64,000 nucleotides of DNA from Halobacteriovoraceae bacterium (GCA_963719505.1 CAVRCF010000005.1:64001-128000); one strand, 5' to 3'; positions 19,424 to 28,693 are shown, counted from the first letter of the stretch. The notes: generated by a model not told the origin, from the sequence alone. Program-made: numbers and translations.

Positions 19424-21440
19424 CGTAACCGCGCACGATGATACCTAATATCGTGCGTTCCAAGTAGTCGTAATAAGGCTTTTCATCATTTTGATAAATT
19501 CACCCAAAAATTGAAAAAAAAGTGTTTTTTTTACGGCCCTGCATAAAGAAAAAGCTTTTTTGTTTTGATATCTTTTTATCGCCAAACAAAAAAAAACAAA
19601 CCAAAAAAGCTTTTTAGCAAAAGAACTGCCATGTACAAAACTATCAAAATTGAATCAACTTCTCAAACATTCTCTTCTCATTCTGGTCTATTTTTATTTG
19701 AAGAGCTCTGGAAGCAACTAAAACTAGATAAAAGACTCAAATCTAAGATGCCCCGCAAAAAGAAAAACATAGGTCCAACTCAATTAGATAAGTTTAAATC
19801 TCTACTTTATTCGTTTGTTGTTGGAAATGATTGTCTTTCTGATATTGATAATTCAAATAAAGATCCATTGTTTGCAGAACTTACTGGGAAGGTTGCAGCT
19901 AGGACTCAAGGTGATTTTTTAAAGTCATTTGGAAATAGACATGCTGAAAAATTACAGGAATTTTTAGTTGAGCTAACTTTTGAGCTTAGAGCTTTGATGT
20001 TTCCAGATGATATAAAGTTTATTCTTTCAATGGATTCTACGCCTCATGAACATTACGGAAAAAATATGGAAGGGATGGCGTGGAACTATAAAAATATGTG
20101 GTGCCTTGATTCTCAAAATGCTTATGATCAATTTGGATTTAGTTATTTGTTCGATCTTCGTCCTGGAAATACTCATTCGGGTAAAGATGCTGAGCGCTGG
20201 GTGCATGAAATTTTTAAGAATTGTCCAAGTCATTTAGAAAGATGGTTTAGAGCAGACTCCGCATATGGAAAGCAAGAAGTTTATAAAGCTCTTCAAGCCA
20301 AAGGAGCAAAGTTTGCAATAGTTCTTAGGGATAATATAAGTCGATATGTTAGAAAGAAGAATCGAAATATGTTGAATTGGGAGAAGACAGAACTTGAGTT
20401 TTTCAAGTCAAAAGAGTGTGAAATAGCGATGTCTCATTACCCAATTAAAAGCTTAGGGGAGATGCGAGTCGTTTTTATTAGAGCCCGAAAGAGCGTAGAT
20501 GATATCAATGAGGCTCGAGACCTCTTTAAGAATTACAATCCTGAAGAACACGACTATAGACATTATTCTATCATAACAAACATTGGTTTTTCAGAGATGA
20601 ACAATGAAGAAGTTTTTGAGTTTTATAAAGATAGAGCAACAGCAGAGAGCTATATTCGAGAGCAAAAGTACGGCTTTGATTTTTTAAACTTTCCTTGTCG
20701 TCGTTTGAGAGCGAATAAAATTTTTGGATTAGTAGGAACGTTTGCACATAATTTAACGAGAGTAATTTCTTTTTGCATGGAAGAGAAGTGGCGAACAGTT
20801 CGAGATAGAAAAAGTGGAGAAAGGATTCGTGTAAAACAGCTTGGATATTTTTCAAAGAGTGTTAGAAGTCATGTCATAAATATTGCGGGGCAGTTGATCC
20901 GAAGTGCTCGGAAACTAAAGTTAAGAATTTACTTTAAACAGGAGGTGGTGCTTAACAGGATTATGAAAAATTTATTGTTTAAGTTTAGTTTACAAACCTG
21001 AGCGCGTGTTCTTTGAAAAATGAATATTGTAAACCAGCTTGAACTACTGCCACCAAGGCAGACGTGCGCCTTGAGTACGTCTTTGAGTAGTTAAAACATA
21101 CGCTCGAGAAGAAAGGTTGTGTTTTTATCGGAGGAAAATAGAGAATGGAAATGAAGTAGGGGACAACTTTTGAATAAAGGTTTGGGAATGGCTGTTTTGG
21201 CGACAAAATAAGTAGATGAAAAAGTACCTGGGAGCTTTTTGAAGAGAGTTTTGAGTTTACTCGCGGAAAATTTTGATGTTGGAAAAAAAGATAGCGATTT
21301 AAAATGAGCCGAATTGAAAAAAAAGAGCTAGAGCAAAAAAAAAGGCGCAACTATGCGACCTCTATGGACCAGCGAACTCAAAATGAGCCGAATGAAAAAA
21401 ATATTGTCAGAGCAGTGGAAAAGATTCTCGCGGATTTGGG
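19424..21440 (+). mobile_element. IS1380-family insertion sequence
   Basis: Flanked by TGTGTAA (19417-19423 and 21441-21447); removing it restores the RHS reading frame. Confidence 0.85.
19631..21001 (+). CDS. IS1380-family transposase
   Basis: SSHSGL, MDST, LRPGN, RADSAY, YKDRATAESYIREQK motifs; start set at ATG 19631. Confidence 0.92.
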   Translation: MYKTIKIESTSQTFSSHSGLFLFEELWKQLKLDKRLKSKMPRKKKNIGPTQLDKFKSLLYSFVVGNDCLSDIDNSNKDPLFAELTGKVAARTQGDFLKSFGNRHAEKLQEFLVELTFELRALMFPDDIKFILSMDSTPHEHYGKNMEGMAWNYKNMWCLDSQNAYDQFGFSYLFDLRPGNTHSGKDAERWVHEIFKNCPSHLERWFRADSAYGKQEVYKALQAKGAKFAIVLRDNISRYVRKKNRNMLNWEKTELEFFKSKECEIAMSHYPIKSLGEMRVVFIRARKSVDDINEARDLFKNYNPEEHDYRHYSIITNIGFSEMNNEEVFEFYKDRATAESYIREQKYGFDFLNFPCRRLRANKIFGLVGTFAHNLTRVISFCMEEKWRTVRDRKSGERIRVKQLGYFSKSVRSHVINIAGQLIRSARKLKLRIYFKQEVVLNRIMKNLLFKFSLQT

Positions 21441-21577
21441 TGTGTAATAGTATTTTGACCACTGAATCCGACAAAAAACGAAATTGTTTTTGAAAGTTTG
21501 GTTTTTTTATTTTGTCTCTGATCTACTTAGAAAAATGAAGTGTTTATTGCTTATGAGTAATTGCATTCTTGAAAAAA

Positions 21578-21622
21578 TGGTAGTGAGAGGCAGATTTGAA
21601 CTGCCGACCTTCGGGATATGAA
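21578..21622 (-). repeat. att site copy 2 (prophage boundary): 3' 45 nt of tRNA(CAT)
   Basis: Identical to 14596-14640; about 130 bp from the integrase stop. Confidence 0.92.
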
Positions 21623-21724
21623 TCCATTGAGGCAGTAAGATTTAAAAGTTTTCCACAATGAAAGTGCTTTGGTAGAGGGACTTTCAAGCTTTTTGTTTTT
21701 CTGTTTTTGTTGACACCAATAGTC

Positions 21725-21743
21725 GGCGCACAAAAGGCGCACA
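21725..21743. repeat. Tandem direct repeat GGCGCACA x2, candidate integrase arm-type sites
   Basis: 11-bp period, about 100 bp inside att copy 2. Confidence 0.55.
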
Positions 21744-21755
21744 GATTTTGGAGCT

Positions 21756-23012
21756 CTATAGGTTAAAAACGGCTTTGAGATCCGAGCCTTGTTTTAGGTA
21801 TTTCATTGAAGTTTTTATGTTTGAGTGTCCAGCGCTGTCTCTAACTTTAAGTAAATCGCCATCTGTCATCTCAGCGATCTCGAAGAGTCTCGCATGTTTC
21901 AATTCATAGAGGTCGTGTCTCTCTAGGCCAAGTCTTTCTTGTGCTTCATTCCAGTATTTATTTAGAGTTCTATCTCCAAGCCTTTTTCCACCTCGACCAC
22001 TGAATAAATAAGAATTTTTATTTATTGGGATTGGTAGAGTATTAATTATATCTAGCGCATCTTCGGTCAAGGGAAGGGTGAGTGTGGATAGTTTTTCACC
22101 TTTCTTTGACGACTTCCTACCTTCGATCTCCTTATCAGCAGACATGTGGCTTGAAATCGTGAGAGTTCTCTTTATTAGGTCTAAGTCACGATATTTCAGT
22201 GTTCTTAGTTCTCCCGGCCGTATGGGGTAGATTCTTAAAAATCGAATAACTTTTTTGTAGTAAGGATTGTTAATTTCATCAATTATTTTTTCACAAGTCT
22301 CTATATCCAAAACACTTTGACGCTCCCTAGAGGGTGAAATTTTGTCAAATTCAGGAATTTCTCTTATTGATCCAATCCTTTTCGCGTACCTCAGAATAAC
22401 CCTTAGCTCACCAAGAGCCTTGTCTCGCTTTCGACTGTATCCAACGTACTGATCTCTAAACTCATTAATTCTAATTGAAGTAATTGAGCTTATTCTGATG
22501 TTTTTAAAGAATGGCATCAGGTGATTTTTATTTAAAGAGATTTTATCTATTAAAGTGGCACTTGTTATTTCTCCAGACTCTTCTCTTCTTTTTTGAAGGT
22601 CTATATATTTGTTGTAAAAATTGGAATAAATGAGGCTCTCTTGGAAATCTTTAGACTCATAATTTCTGACGTCAAAAACGCCTTCCTTTATTTCATCTTT
22701 AATTCTTCGGAGTAGGCTAAGGCAATCAAAAACATCTTTTAACCTGTCGCCCATTTGGCAATGCCTTATGGTAATTCTCTTGGGGTTCCCGTTGATATCA
22801 ATTATTTTGGCCATTATTCTGAATTTGTTTGGGTTAGCACCGCAAATATCACAACAAGGAACCTCTTTCGACTTGATAGTTTCTTTGCCTGTAAAGGAGC
22901 CTCCACAGGAGCACTTATTTCCTTTAACATCTGAATATATTTTTGCGCTCAAGAAGAAACCTTTATTTGTAGAAAATAAATTAGTCTTCCTAAATACGGC
23001 CGTTTGGGTCAT
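21756..23012 (-). CDS. int: Tyrosine recombinase/integrase
   Basis: IRPGEL, YELKH, GHSNIKTSMKY; SAM-like core-binding region; adjacent to att; start codon uncertain. Confidence 0.92.
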   Translation of the reverse strand: MTQTAVFRKTNLFSTNKGFFLSAKIYSDVKGNKCSCGGSFTGKETIKSKEVPCCDICGANPNKFRIMAKIIDINGNPKRITIRHCQMGDRLKDVFDCLSLLRRIKDEIKEGVFDVRNYESKDFQESLIYSNFYNKYIDLQKRREESGEITSATLIDKISLNKNHLMPFFKNIRISSITSIRINEFRDQYVGYSRKRDKALGELRVILRYAKRIGSIREIPEFDKISPSRERQSVLDIETCEKIIDEINNPYYKKVIRFLRIYPIRPGELRTLKYRDLDLIKRTLTISSHMSADKEIEGRKSSKKGEKLSTLTLPLTEDALDIINTLPIPINKNSYLFSGRGGKRLGDRTLNKYWNEAQERLGLERHDLYELKHARLFEIAEMTDGDLLKVRDSAGHSNIKTSMKYLKQGSDLKAVFNL

Positions 23013-23054
23013 AAATTCAAGTTCTCTTTTCTTAGTCCTGCGTTAAGTTGTTGT

Positions 23055-23501
23055 TTATTCTAAGAGTAATTTTGGATTGACTCTTATATTGTCAATATCT
23101 CTTTCAAGTCTTCCATACATCGTGTCGCCATTAGGGAGCATGAGGTTACCCATCATTGACCTTTTAAGATCTACCAAGCCATTTGTGTGAGCCTCAATTG
23201 TCGCTTTGATATAAAGACACATAGAGCGCCAAAGACGACGTTTCTCTTTCTCGATCTCATCATTAATTTGAGTGGCAGTTCTAGTCTTTCCGGTATTTGT
23301 GAATTTAATTTTATCGTCGCGGTCACTAGGGTAATGAATATGAAATTTGTAACCCCTCTCTTCAAATATAAATTGAACCATTGCAACGCCTTTGGCCTCT
23401 GCAATAGCGACGCCATCGGCACCCTCTTTTTGAAGAAGAACTCTAATCTGATTCATACTTCTGTCTATTCCAACAGAAGTTCCCTTTGCATAATTACTCA
23501 T
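23055..23501 (-). CDS. Phage hypothetical protein
   Basis: Good RBS (GAGG); YAKGTSV...WR...LPNGDT pattern recalled from phage proteins. Confidence 0.8.
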   Translation of the reverse strand: MSNYAKGTSVGIDRSMNQIRVLLQKEGADGVAIAEAKGVAMVQFIFEERGYKFHIHYPSDRDDKIKFTNTGKTRTATQINDEIEKEKRRLWRSMCLYIKATIEAHTNGLVDLKRSMMGNLMLPNGDTMYGRLERDIDNIRVNPKLLLE

Positions 23502-23534
23502 TGTTTTTCCTCGCTATTGGTTTTGCTGGTACTG

Positions 23535-23804
23535 TTAATACTCACTACTAGCGAATAGCTCAGGAAACTCTTCACCATTATTAATCTCAATTGTCAGTTG
23601 CTCTCGAAAACTTCTTTTGGGGGAGTTGTCTGGATCGTCAATGTCATCGATATATACAAGTCGATCCATTTCGCTTTCACTAAGTTCTTTACAGTCGACC
23701 TCATCTCCCGTGGAGTCTATTTCATCTGAATAAAACTCTATAGCTTCTTTTTTGGATTTTGCTGCAACCCAATCAGTTTCAAATTCATAAATCTTAATTT
23801 TCAT
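23535..23804 (-). CDS. Small acidic phage protein
   Basis: ATG 23804 with AGGAG RBS. Confidence 0.8.
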   Translation of the reverse strand: MKIKIYEFETDWVAAKSKKEAIEFYSDEIDSTGDEVDCKELSESEMDRLVYIDDIDDPDNSPKRSFREQLTIEINNGEEFPELFASSEY

Positions 23805-24108
23805 TTCTTTCTCCTGTTTTATTGTTGGTTGAATGAGAACCAATTAACTCTTTAATCCTGCATAAAACTTCTGCCTCACTAGGAAAGTCATCAAAACCAT
23901 ACTTTTCCCAACCATCAGGGAAATTACAATTCATGCTACAGAGAGCTAACTCAACACATTCTCGAATCTTCTCATTTTCTTTTTCTAGTTGTTTTGCTTT
24001 TTCCCAAAAAGGCTTTGCGATCCTATCTTTCGTGATAGGTGAATTAGTTCCCTTTAACCCCATTGCAATATTTGCCAAGTCAGCGCCAAAACTATCTGTT
24101 AACTGCAT
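23794..24108 (-). CDS. Phage hypothetical protein
   Basis: RBS AAGGA; coupled array. Confidence 0.75.
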   Translation of the reverse strand: MQLTDSFGADLANIAMGLKGTNSPITKDRIAKPFWEKAKQLEKENEKIRECVELALCSMNCNFPDGWEKYGFDDFPSEAEVLCRIKELIGSHSTNNKTGERNEN

Positions 24109-24499
24109 TTTGTTCCTTTGTCTCAGCTGTGTTGGTATTGTTTACGAATATCTTTTCAACGTCTTCAACAAGCCAAAAGTCAGGCTTATGGTCTTCCATA
24201 ATTAAGTCCGTTATCTCATTTAGCTTTTTCTCTATTTTCTCATGAAGTGCTTGTTTCTTAAGAAGTGTTGTTTCCCAATATTCTGACCAATCTCCAAGCC
24301 TATCAATATCCCTTTCAATCATGTCATATAAGAAATCTCTAGCTGATTGAGTTGGGGGAGTGTAAGCCATTTTTTTCCCGATATAAAAACAATCACCTTC
24401 ACCTAAGTTCCATTCTTCTGCGCCATTCAGAATCGCATCTGATTTCGTTGTGTAGTCTTCGCCACTAAAGTTTTCTTCGCTAATTGATGTTATGTACAT
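24092..24499 (-). CDS. Phage hypothetical protein
   Basis: RBS AAGGA; coupled array. Confidence 0.8.
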   Translation of the reverse strand: MYITSISEENFSGEDYTTKSDAILNGAEEWNLGEGDCFYIGKKMAYTPPTQSARDFLYDMIERDIDRLGDWSEYWETTLLKKQALHEKIEKKLNEITDLIMEDHKPDFWLVEDVEKIFVNNTNTAETKEQNAVNR

Positions 24500-24824
24500 G
24501 CTTATCCTTCTCGGTTTTGCTGATACTGTTTAAAAATTTATGTATATGATTTCCAAGCTCCATGACAGCGTTTGGTTCGTCATACTCATTTGATTCTTGA
24601 TATAAAAGAGTTACATCTTCAAACTGCTCTAAAAATTCAAGCATAGTATCGTTTTGCTTCCTCATTCTTATAACGGCATCTTTCCACTCCAATGCGGTTT
24701 CAAGTCTAACAAGATCAAGCCTTGGGTTAGGAGTGTGCTGGGTGTAGTTATCGCTACTGGAATCATGCGCTTCTCTCAACAAAGAGACTGATCTAAAAAT
24801 GTAACCCTTGTCAAAGCTATTCAT
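24480..24824 (-). CDS. Phage hypothetical protein
   Basis: Coupled array. Confidence 0.75.
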   Translation of the reverse strand: MNSFDKGYIFRSVSLLREAHDSSSDNYTQHTPNPRLDLVRLETALEWKDAVIRMRKQNDTMLEFLEQFEDVTLLYQESNEYDEPNAVMELGNHIHKFLNSISKTEKDKHVHNIN

Positions 24825-25269
24825 TATTATTTCCCTCAGTTGAATGTGTATTATTGAATCCCAAGTGATTACTTAGAGACTCTTCAATCTTATCCATATC
24901 CCCACTGTCTAAATCCTTAAACTCTACAACACTGGAGAGATTATCAAAAACAGTGCAACAAATAGATGCTCGACTCCAGAGAGTGTCTATAACAAGCCCC
25001 TTGTTCTGCTCTGAGAAGAATAAATCATACATAGTTTCAAAAATTACTCGTTTGAGTTTCATGTTTTCTTCTTTGAGTTGGTCTATATTTTGGGAGTAGT
25101 AATCATCTTTTTTTTGAGCAACCCATCTAGAACAAGTTCTTGCAATATTTCTAATTGAGTGCTTCTTAGATAAATCATAATACGCATTAACATGATCTTC
25201 ATAATTGTCTTTGTAGTATTCCTTGAAATTTTTTAAATCTTCTTTATCCCACAAATATTTATCACTCAT
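24817..25269 (-). CDS. Phage hypothetical protein
   Basis: RBS AAGGA; coupled array. Confidence 0.75.
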   Translation of the reverse strand: MSDKYLWDKEDLKNFKEYYKDNYEDHVNAYYDLSKKHSIRNIARTCSRWVAQKKDDYYSQNIDQLKEENMKLKRVIFETMYDLFFSEQNKGLVIDTLWSRASICCTVFDNLSSVVEFKDLDSGDMDKIEESLSNHLGFNNTHSTEGNNNE

Positions 25270-25277
25270 AATTATCC

Positions 25278-25556
25278 TTACAGTTTACTTAAAAGCTTCT
25301 CGGTTTCTTCTTTTAGTTTTTTCTCGCAATGGCGAAAGCTATTCATATTGGTTAGGTGTTTTTGAAGTATTGTCACTAACTTTTCATTTTGCCTCTCAAG
25401 TCTTTCTTCGGAAGTTTCACCATCAACAAACTCGAAAGACTTCACAGACTTCTCATGCTCTTCATTTTTAAATATTTCAAATATTTGATCGATTGAGCCA
25501 CTAAAGCCAATTGAATCTTTTGTCTTAACTCTTATTGTTACGTCTGTTACGAACAT
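25278..25556 (-). CDS. Phage hypothetical protein
   Basis: RBS within junction repeat. Confidence 0.75.
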   Translation of the reverse strand: MFVTDVTIRVKTKDSIGFSGSIDQIFEIFKNEEHEKSVKSFEFVDGETSEERLERQNEKLVTILQKHLTNMNSFRHCEKKLKEETEKLLSKL

Positions 25557-25590
25557 ACTTCTCTTATCCTTGTAGTTTATTTAATATAAA

Positions 25591-25839
25591 TTAAGATTTA
25601 TTTATTCTGATATACATAACTTTAGAAAGTTTCTGCATTTCTGAAATTTCAGTTTCATCACTATCACCGTGATAAGAAGGGAGAAGATTTTCTTTATCCT
25701 TAAGTTTATTTAGAATTGAAAATCCAATTTGCTGTGCCATTTCTTTAGTTGGTTTTATACAGGCGAAAGCATCTAGCCACATGTGGTTTTCTTGGCACAT
25801 TAGCAACACCTGTTCTTTTAAATCTTTATTGGTTTGCAT
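25591..25839 (-). CDS. Phage hypothetical protein
   Basis: RBS within junction repeat. Confidence 0.75.
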   Translation of the reverse strand: MQTNKDLKEQVLLMCQENHMWLDAFACIKPTKEMAQQIGFSILNKLKDKENLLPSYHGDSDETEISEMQKLSKVMYIRINKS

Positions 25840-25889
25840 CTTCTCTTATCCTTTACTCTTATTTAATAGAGTTATTAATAGTATTGTTT

Positions 25890-26096
25890 CTACTGTAATT
25901 TTTCACAAGGGATATAGGTTAATCCCAAGCCTGTAGTCGCCATGCTCATTGTTTTTCTTGAGGCAACAAATCCAAAACACAAACCATTCTTTCTGATTAT
26001 TTGAATATCGGAAGGGTCTATATTGATGTTTCCAGAAGTGTTAACACCGCAGGAAGTTAATGTTAAAAGTGTCATTAATAATGTAATTGTTTTCAT
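25890..26096 (-). CDS. Small phage lipoprotein
   Basis: MKTITLLMTLLTLTSC lipobox; ATG 26096 with AAGGA. Confidence 0.8.
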   Translation of the reverse strand: MKTITLLMTLLTLTSCGVNTSGNINIDPSDIQIIRKNGLCFGFVASRKTMSMATTGLGLTYIPCEKLQ

Positions 26097-26106
26097 CTTG
26101 TTCCTT

Positions 26107-26334
26107 TTAATATGGTCTTTTAAATTCAGTTCCATCGTTACACTTAGCAAAACTATAATTCCAGTTTTCCAATCCTTTTTTATCACTACATAATCTTTCA
26201 GCTCTAAGTTTTTGAGAGCAATTTAAAGCGGACTTTCCATCAATAGAGAAGCATCTTATCGAATCGATAGTTGAGCACGAAGTAATGAAAATACTAAGTG
26301 TTGTGATTGTTAAAATTTTAAAATTAAAATACAT
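26107..26334 (-). CDS. Small Cys-rich phage lipoprotein
   Basis: ...SIFITSC lipobox, four further Cys; AGGAG RBS. Confidence 0.75.
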   Translation of the reverse strand: MYFNFKILTITTLSIFITSCSTIDSIRCFSIDGKSALNCSQKLRAERLCSDKKGLENWNYSFAKCNDGTEFKRPY

Positions 26335-26446
26335 ATTTAACTCCTATGATTATTAGCTCTATAAGTTTCCAGATAGCGAGAATGAACTGCGCAACAAATA
26401 GTGCCATCCAATAATAAATATATTTATAAGGGTCTTCATATTTCAT
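26324..26446 (-). CDS. 40-aa membrane peptide (not in ORF track)
   Basis: MKYEDPYKYIYYWMALFVAQFILAIWKLIELIIIGVKYVF; fills the gap and overlaps the next start. Confidence 0.6.
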   Translation of the reverse strand: MKYEDPYKYIYYWMALFVAQFILAIWKLIELIIIGVKYVF

Positions 26447-26493
26447 ATAGTATTATTCCTAATGTAGTCACCACTTTTATTTAATAGAGTGGG

Positions 26494-26637
26494 TTAGCTG
26501 TCTTTTATTTTTCCGCACTCACTACATTCTCTGTGAGAAAAAATCCCTCTTCTATATATTTCTATCCAGTTGTGATCAGTCATTGTGCACCATAATTTAT
26601 TTGTAACTTCACTTGCCGTTGGTATCCAATCAAACAT
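26494..26637 (-). CDS. 47-aa putative Zn-binding protein (not in ORF track)
   Basis: MFDWIPTASEVTNKLWCTMTDHNW...RECSECGK; C-x4-H...CxxC. Confidence 0.65.
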   Translation of the reverse strand: MFDWIPTASEVTNKLWCTMTDHNWIEIYRRGIFSHRECSECGKIKDS

Positions 26638-27007
26638 TCTCATCCTTTTCATTTCTTTTTAGTAGTTCTTTTATTTCAGCTCGCTTTAAAAATCTTGTAA
26701 ATCCAGTATTCGGGTAACGATCTTTTTCAGCGTAAACAACATACTCTAAAGCCTCAATCAACAACTTCTCTTGCTGCTTGTTTTTGGCTTCGAGTTCTTT
26801 GATCTCAGTATTCTTATCTTTGATTAGGTTTTTAAGTATAGTAACTTCTGATATCTTATTGCCTGTTGAAAACTCGTTGGCAGAATATGATCTTTCATAC
26901 GGAAATAATTTTCTAGGCAGCGAGTTTAAAAACCCCTCAAAGTGATCTTTGTTGTAGACACTAAACACAACTGTAAAGTCGCTTGTAAAATTAATCTCAT
27001 TGCTCAT
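26630..27007 (-). CDS. Phage hypothetical protein
   Basis: AAGGAG RBS. Confidence 0.8.
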   Translation of the reverse strand: MSNEINFTSDFTVVFSVYNKDHFEGFLNSLPRKLFPYERSYSANEFSTGNKISEVTILKNLIKDKNTEIKELEAKNKQQEKLLIEALEYVVYAEKDRYPNTGFTRFLKRAEIKELLKRNEKDENV

Positions 27008-27038
27008 TCTCTCTCCTTTGCTCTATAGATTAACTACC

Positions 27039-27167
27039 TTAATCGTAATCTGCTCTCAAATCACTGCACTCATCAAAACCGTCAAAGTAACTGATTCCTT
27101 CTGCACAATCTTCGCAAACCTCATAAACATCTATTTCTTTTTCACATACCATGCATTGATTTCTCAA
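27039..27167 (-). CDS. 42-aa CxxC...CxxC protein (not in ORF track)
   Basis: TTG start after GGGAG within a junction repeat; CMVC...CEDC. Confidence 0.65.
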   Translation of the reverse strand: MRNQCMVCEKEIDVYEVCEDCAEGISYFDGFDECSDLRADYD

Positions 27168-27203
27168 TTTTCTCTCCCTTGCTCTATAGATAACTAATAA
27201 GAG

Positions 27204-27533
27204 TTAATATTTTATCTTGTCGTATAATTCATTATCAATTATCGCTAATAATTTAGTTCTGTTATTAAACATAACATCTCGCCACACCTTACCCACAATT
27301 TCAAAATGTTCATTGAAAATATAATCTTTTAAGTGACAATATATTTCGTCGTGAGTTCTAAAGTTGCAATGAGATTGATATCTAAACTCAACTAATTCAC
27401 CTTCTTCTATATAAACTTTTCTTTCTTTTGAGTTATCACTCAAGGTAGATTTCCGACAAGCTACAGGCTTAACACATTTGAATATGTGACCTCTTGAGTG
27501 ATATTTAGTGTTAACTTCTCCTTCGTCTTTCAT
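27204..27533 (-). CDS. Phage hypothetical protein
   Basis: AAGGA RBS. Confidence 0.8.
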   Translation of the reverse strand: MKDEGEVNTKYHSRGHIFKCVKPVACRKSTLSDNSKERKVYIEEGELVEFRYQSHCNFRTHDEIYCHLKDYIFNEHFEIVGKVWRDVMFNNRTKLLAIIDNELYDKIKY

Positions 27534-27555
27534 TTTCTTCCTTTATATAGATAAG

Positions 27556-27804
27556 TTATTGATAAGGAGCTGTGTCTTTATCAACAACAATCTCGTTTAA
27601 CTTTTTTTCTTTTATAACTCTTTCTAAGTCTTCACGACTGAAGTAGCCTAAATATTGAATTTCGCCATCTACAAGTAAGGCTCTACCAAATCGCCAATTC
27701 TCATTGTACTCAATGTGATTTTTTAAATTCGCAGAATTAACACCGTTGGTTTTGAAAGATTCATCTCTGTAAACTCCAATTGTTGTGTGTACTTTCATAC
27801 TCAC
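27556..27804 (-). CDS. Phage hypothetical protein
   Basis: GGGAG RBS; start may be the second codon option (ATG 27798). Confidence 0.75.
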   Translation of the reverse strand: MSMKVHTTIGVYRDESFKTNGVNSANLKNHIEYNENWRFGRALLVDGEIQYLGYFSREDLERVIKEKKLNEIVVDKDTAPYQ

Positions 27805-27822
27805 TCCCTATAATATTGATGG

Positions 27823-27939
27823 TTAATCTTTCATCCGTTCTAAAAGCACCGCTTTAAACCACTTGCTTCTTAGTATCGGATAAATCGTCAAAACTGCGAG
27901 GAACAATATTACTTTGATAATTAACGGTATTCCTCGCAT
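27823..27939 (-). CDS. 38-aa single-TM peptide (not in ORF track)
   Basis: MRGIPLIIKVILFLAVLTIYPILRSKWFKAVLLERMKD; AGGAG RBS. Confidence 0.65.
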   Translation of the reverse strand: MRGIPLIIKVILFLAVLTIYPILRSKWFKAVLLERMKD

Positions 27940-27963
27940 TCTTATCTCCTATAGTATTGCCAA

Positions 27964-28113
27964 TTAATGAACTATACCTTTACCAATTAAGTAGTAGTTT
28001 TTTTCATTGTCTCTTGTTTTTAGAAATAGCATCGCTTTCTTTTCAGAACTAAAAATCCATATTTCATCTGTTGACTCTATGTGTTTTGATTGTACAACCC
28101 AAACGTGTTTCAT
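27964..28113 (-). CDS. 49-aa protein (not in ORF track)
   Basis: MKHVWVVQSKH...IFSSEKKA; GAGGTG RBS. Confidence 0.7.
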   Translation of the reverse strand: MKHVWVVQSKHIESTDEIWIFSSEKKAMLFLKTRDNEKNYYLIGKGIVH

Positions 28114-28141
28114 TTTTCACCTCTATGGCATTGCCAATTAA

Positions 28142-28426
28142 TTATCTATCTACGCAAGTTAAAAGGTTTTTAATTCCTTCGTAAAAATTACTAACTCTTT
28201 TATTTAAAAGTTGATCGTGCTTGTTATGTTTTTTTAACCAACTCTCGATGTTGATTTCAACAAAGCAATCAAAATAACCCTCCATGCCAAAATCTTTCGA
28301 GTGTTTACATAGCGACGAATCTAACTCATAGATAGCTTTTTTTATTTTAAACTCTGTTTCTCTGATTTCTTTTTTAAAATCAGATTCTATATTTTTCTCT
28401 ATCTTTTCAATTATCTCTTTGCTCAT
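28142..28426 (-). CDS. Phage hypothetical protein
   Basis: ATG 28426 with AGGAG RBS. Confidence 0.75.
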   Translation of the reverse strand: MSKEIIEKIEKNIESDFKKEIRETEFKIKKAIYELDSSLCKHSKDFGMEGYFDCFVEINIESWLKKHNKHDQLLNKRVSNFYEGIKNLLTCVDR

Positions 28427-28450
28427 TCTTGTCTCCTGTGGCATTGCCAA

Positions 28451-28693
28451 TTAATCTTCTTGTACGTCATACATATTGTCAGCCAAGAATAAATTTGCAT
28501 CTTTTGAATACCAACCTCCCTCGAACTCAAATTCTTTTCCAATAAAGTCATAATCCTTAAATATAGAATAAGCTACAGCTAGACCAACACACGGATCAAT
28601 TCTTATTTCTCTCTTGTCTCTTGTGATTGCCTCAAACTCTGTATTAAGATCAATCTTCTTTGTTATTTTTGCTATAATTATTTCTCTGTTCAT
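28451..28693 (-). CDS. Phage hypothetical protein
   Basis: GAGGTG RBS. Confidence 0.75.
   Translation of the reverse strand: MNREIIIAKITKKIDLNTEFEAITRDKREIRIDPCVGLAVAYSIFKDYDFIGKEFEFEGGWYSKDANLFLADNMYDVQED

Larger units (their letters stand above)
14596..21622. mobile_element. Integrase-less genomic island/remnant (RHS cassettes plus IS elements) bounded by tRNA-fragment direct repeats
   Basis: Identical 45-bp repeats at both ends; AT-rich cargo. Confidence 0.8.

Noticed and set aside
26461-26471. AATGTAGTCAC shared with 63721-63731 (partial copy at 63694)
   Set aside because: An 11-bp match in 64 kb can arise by chance; there is no consistent context.
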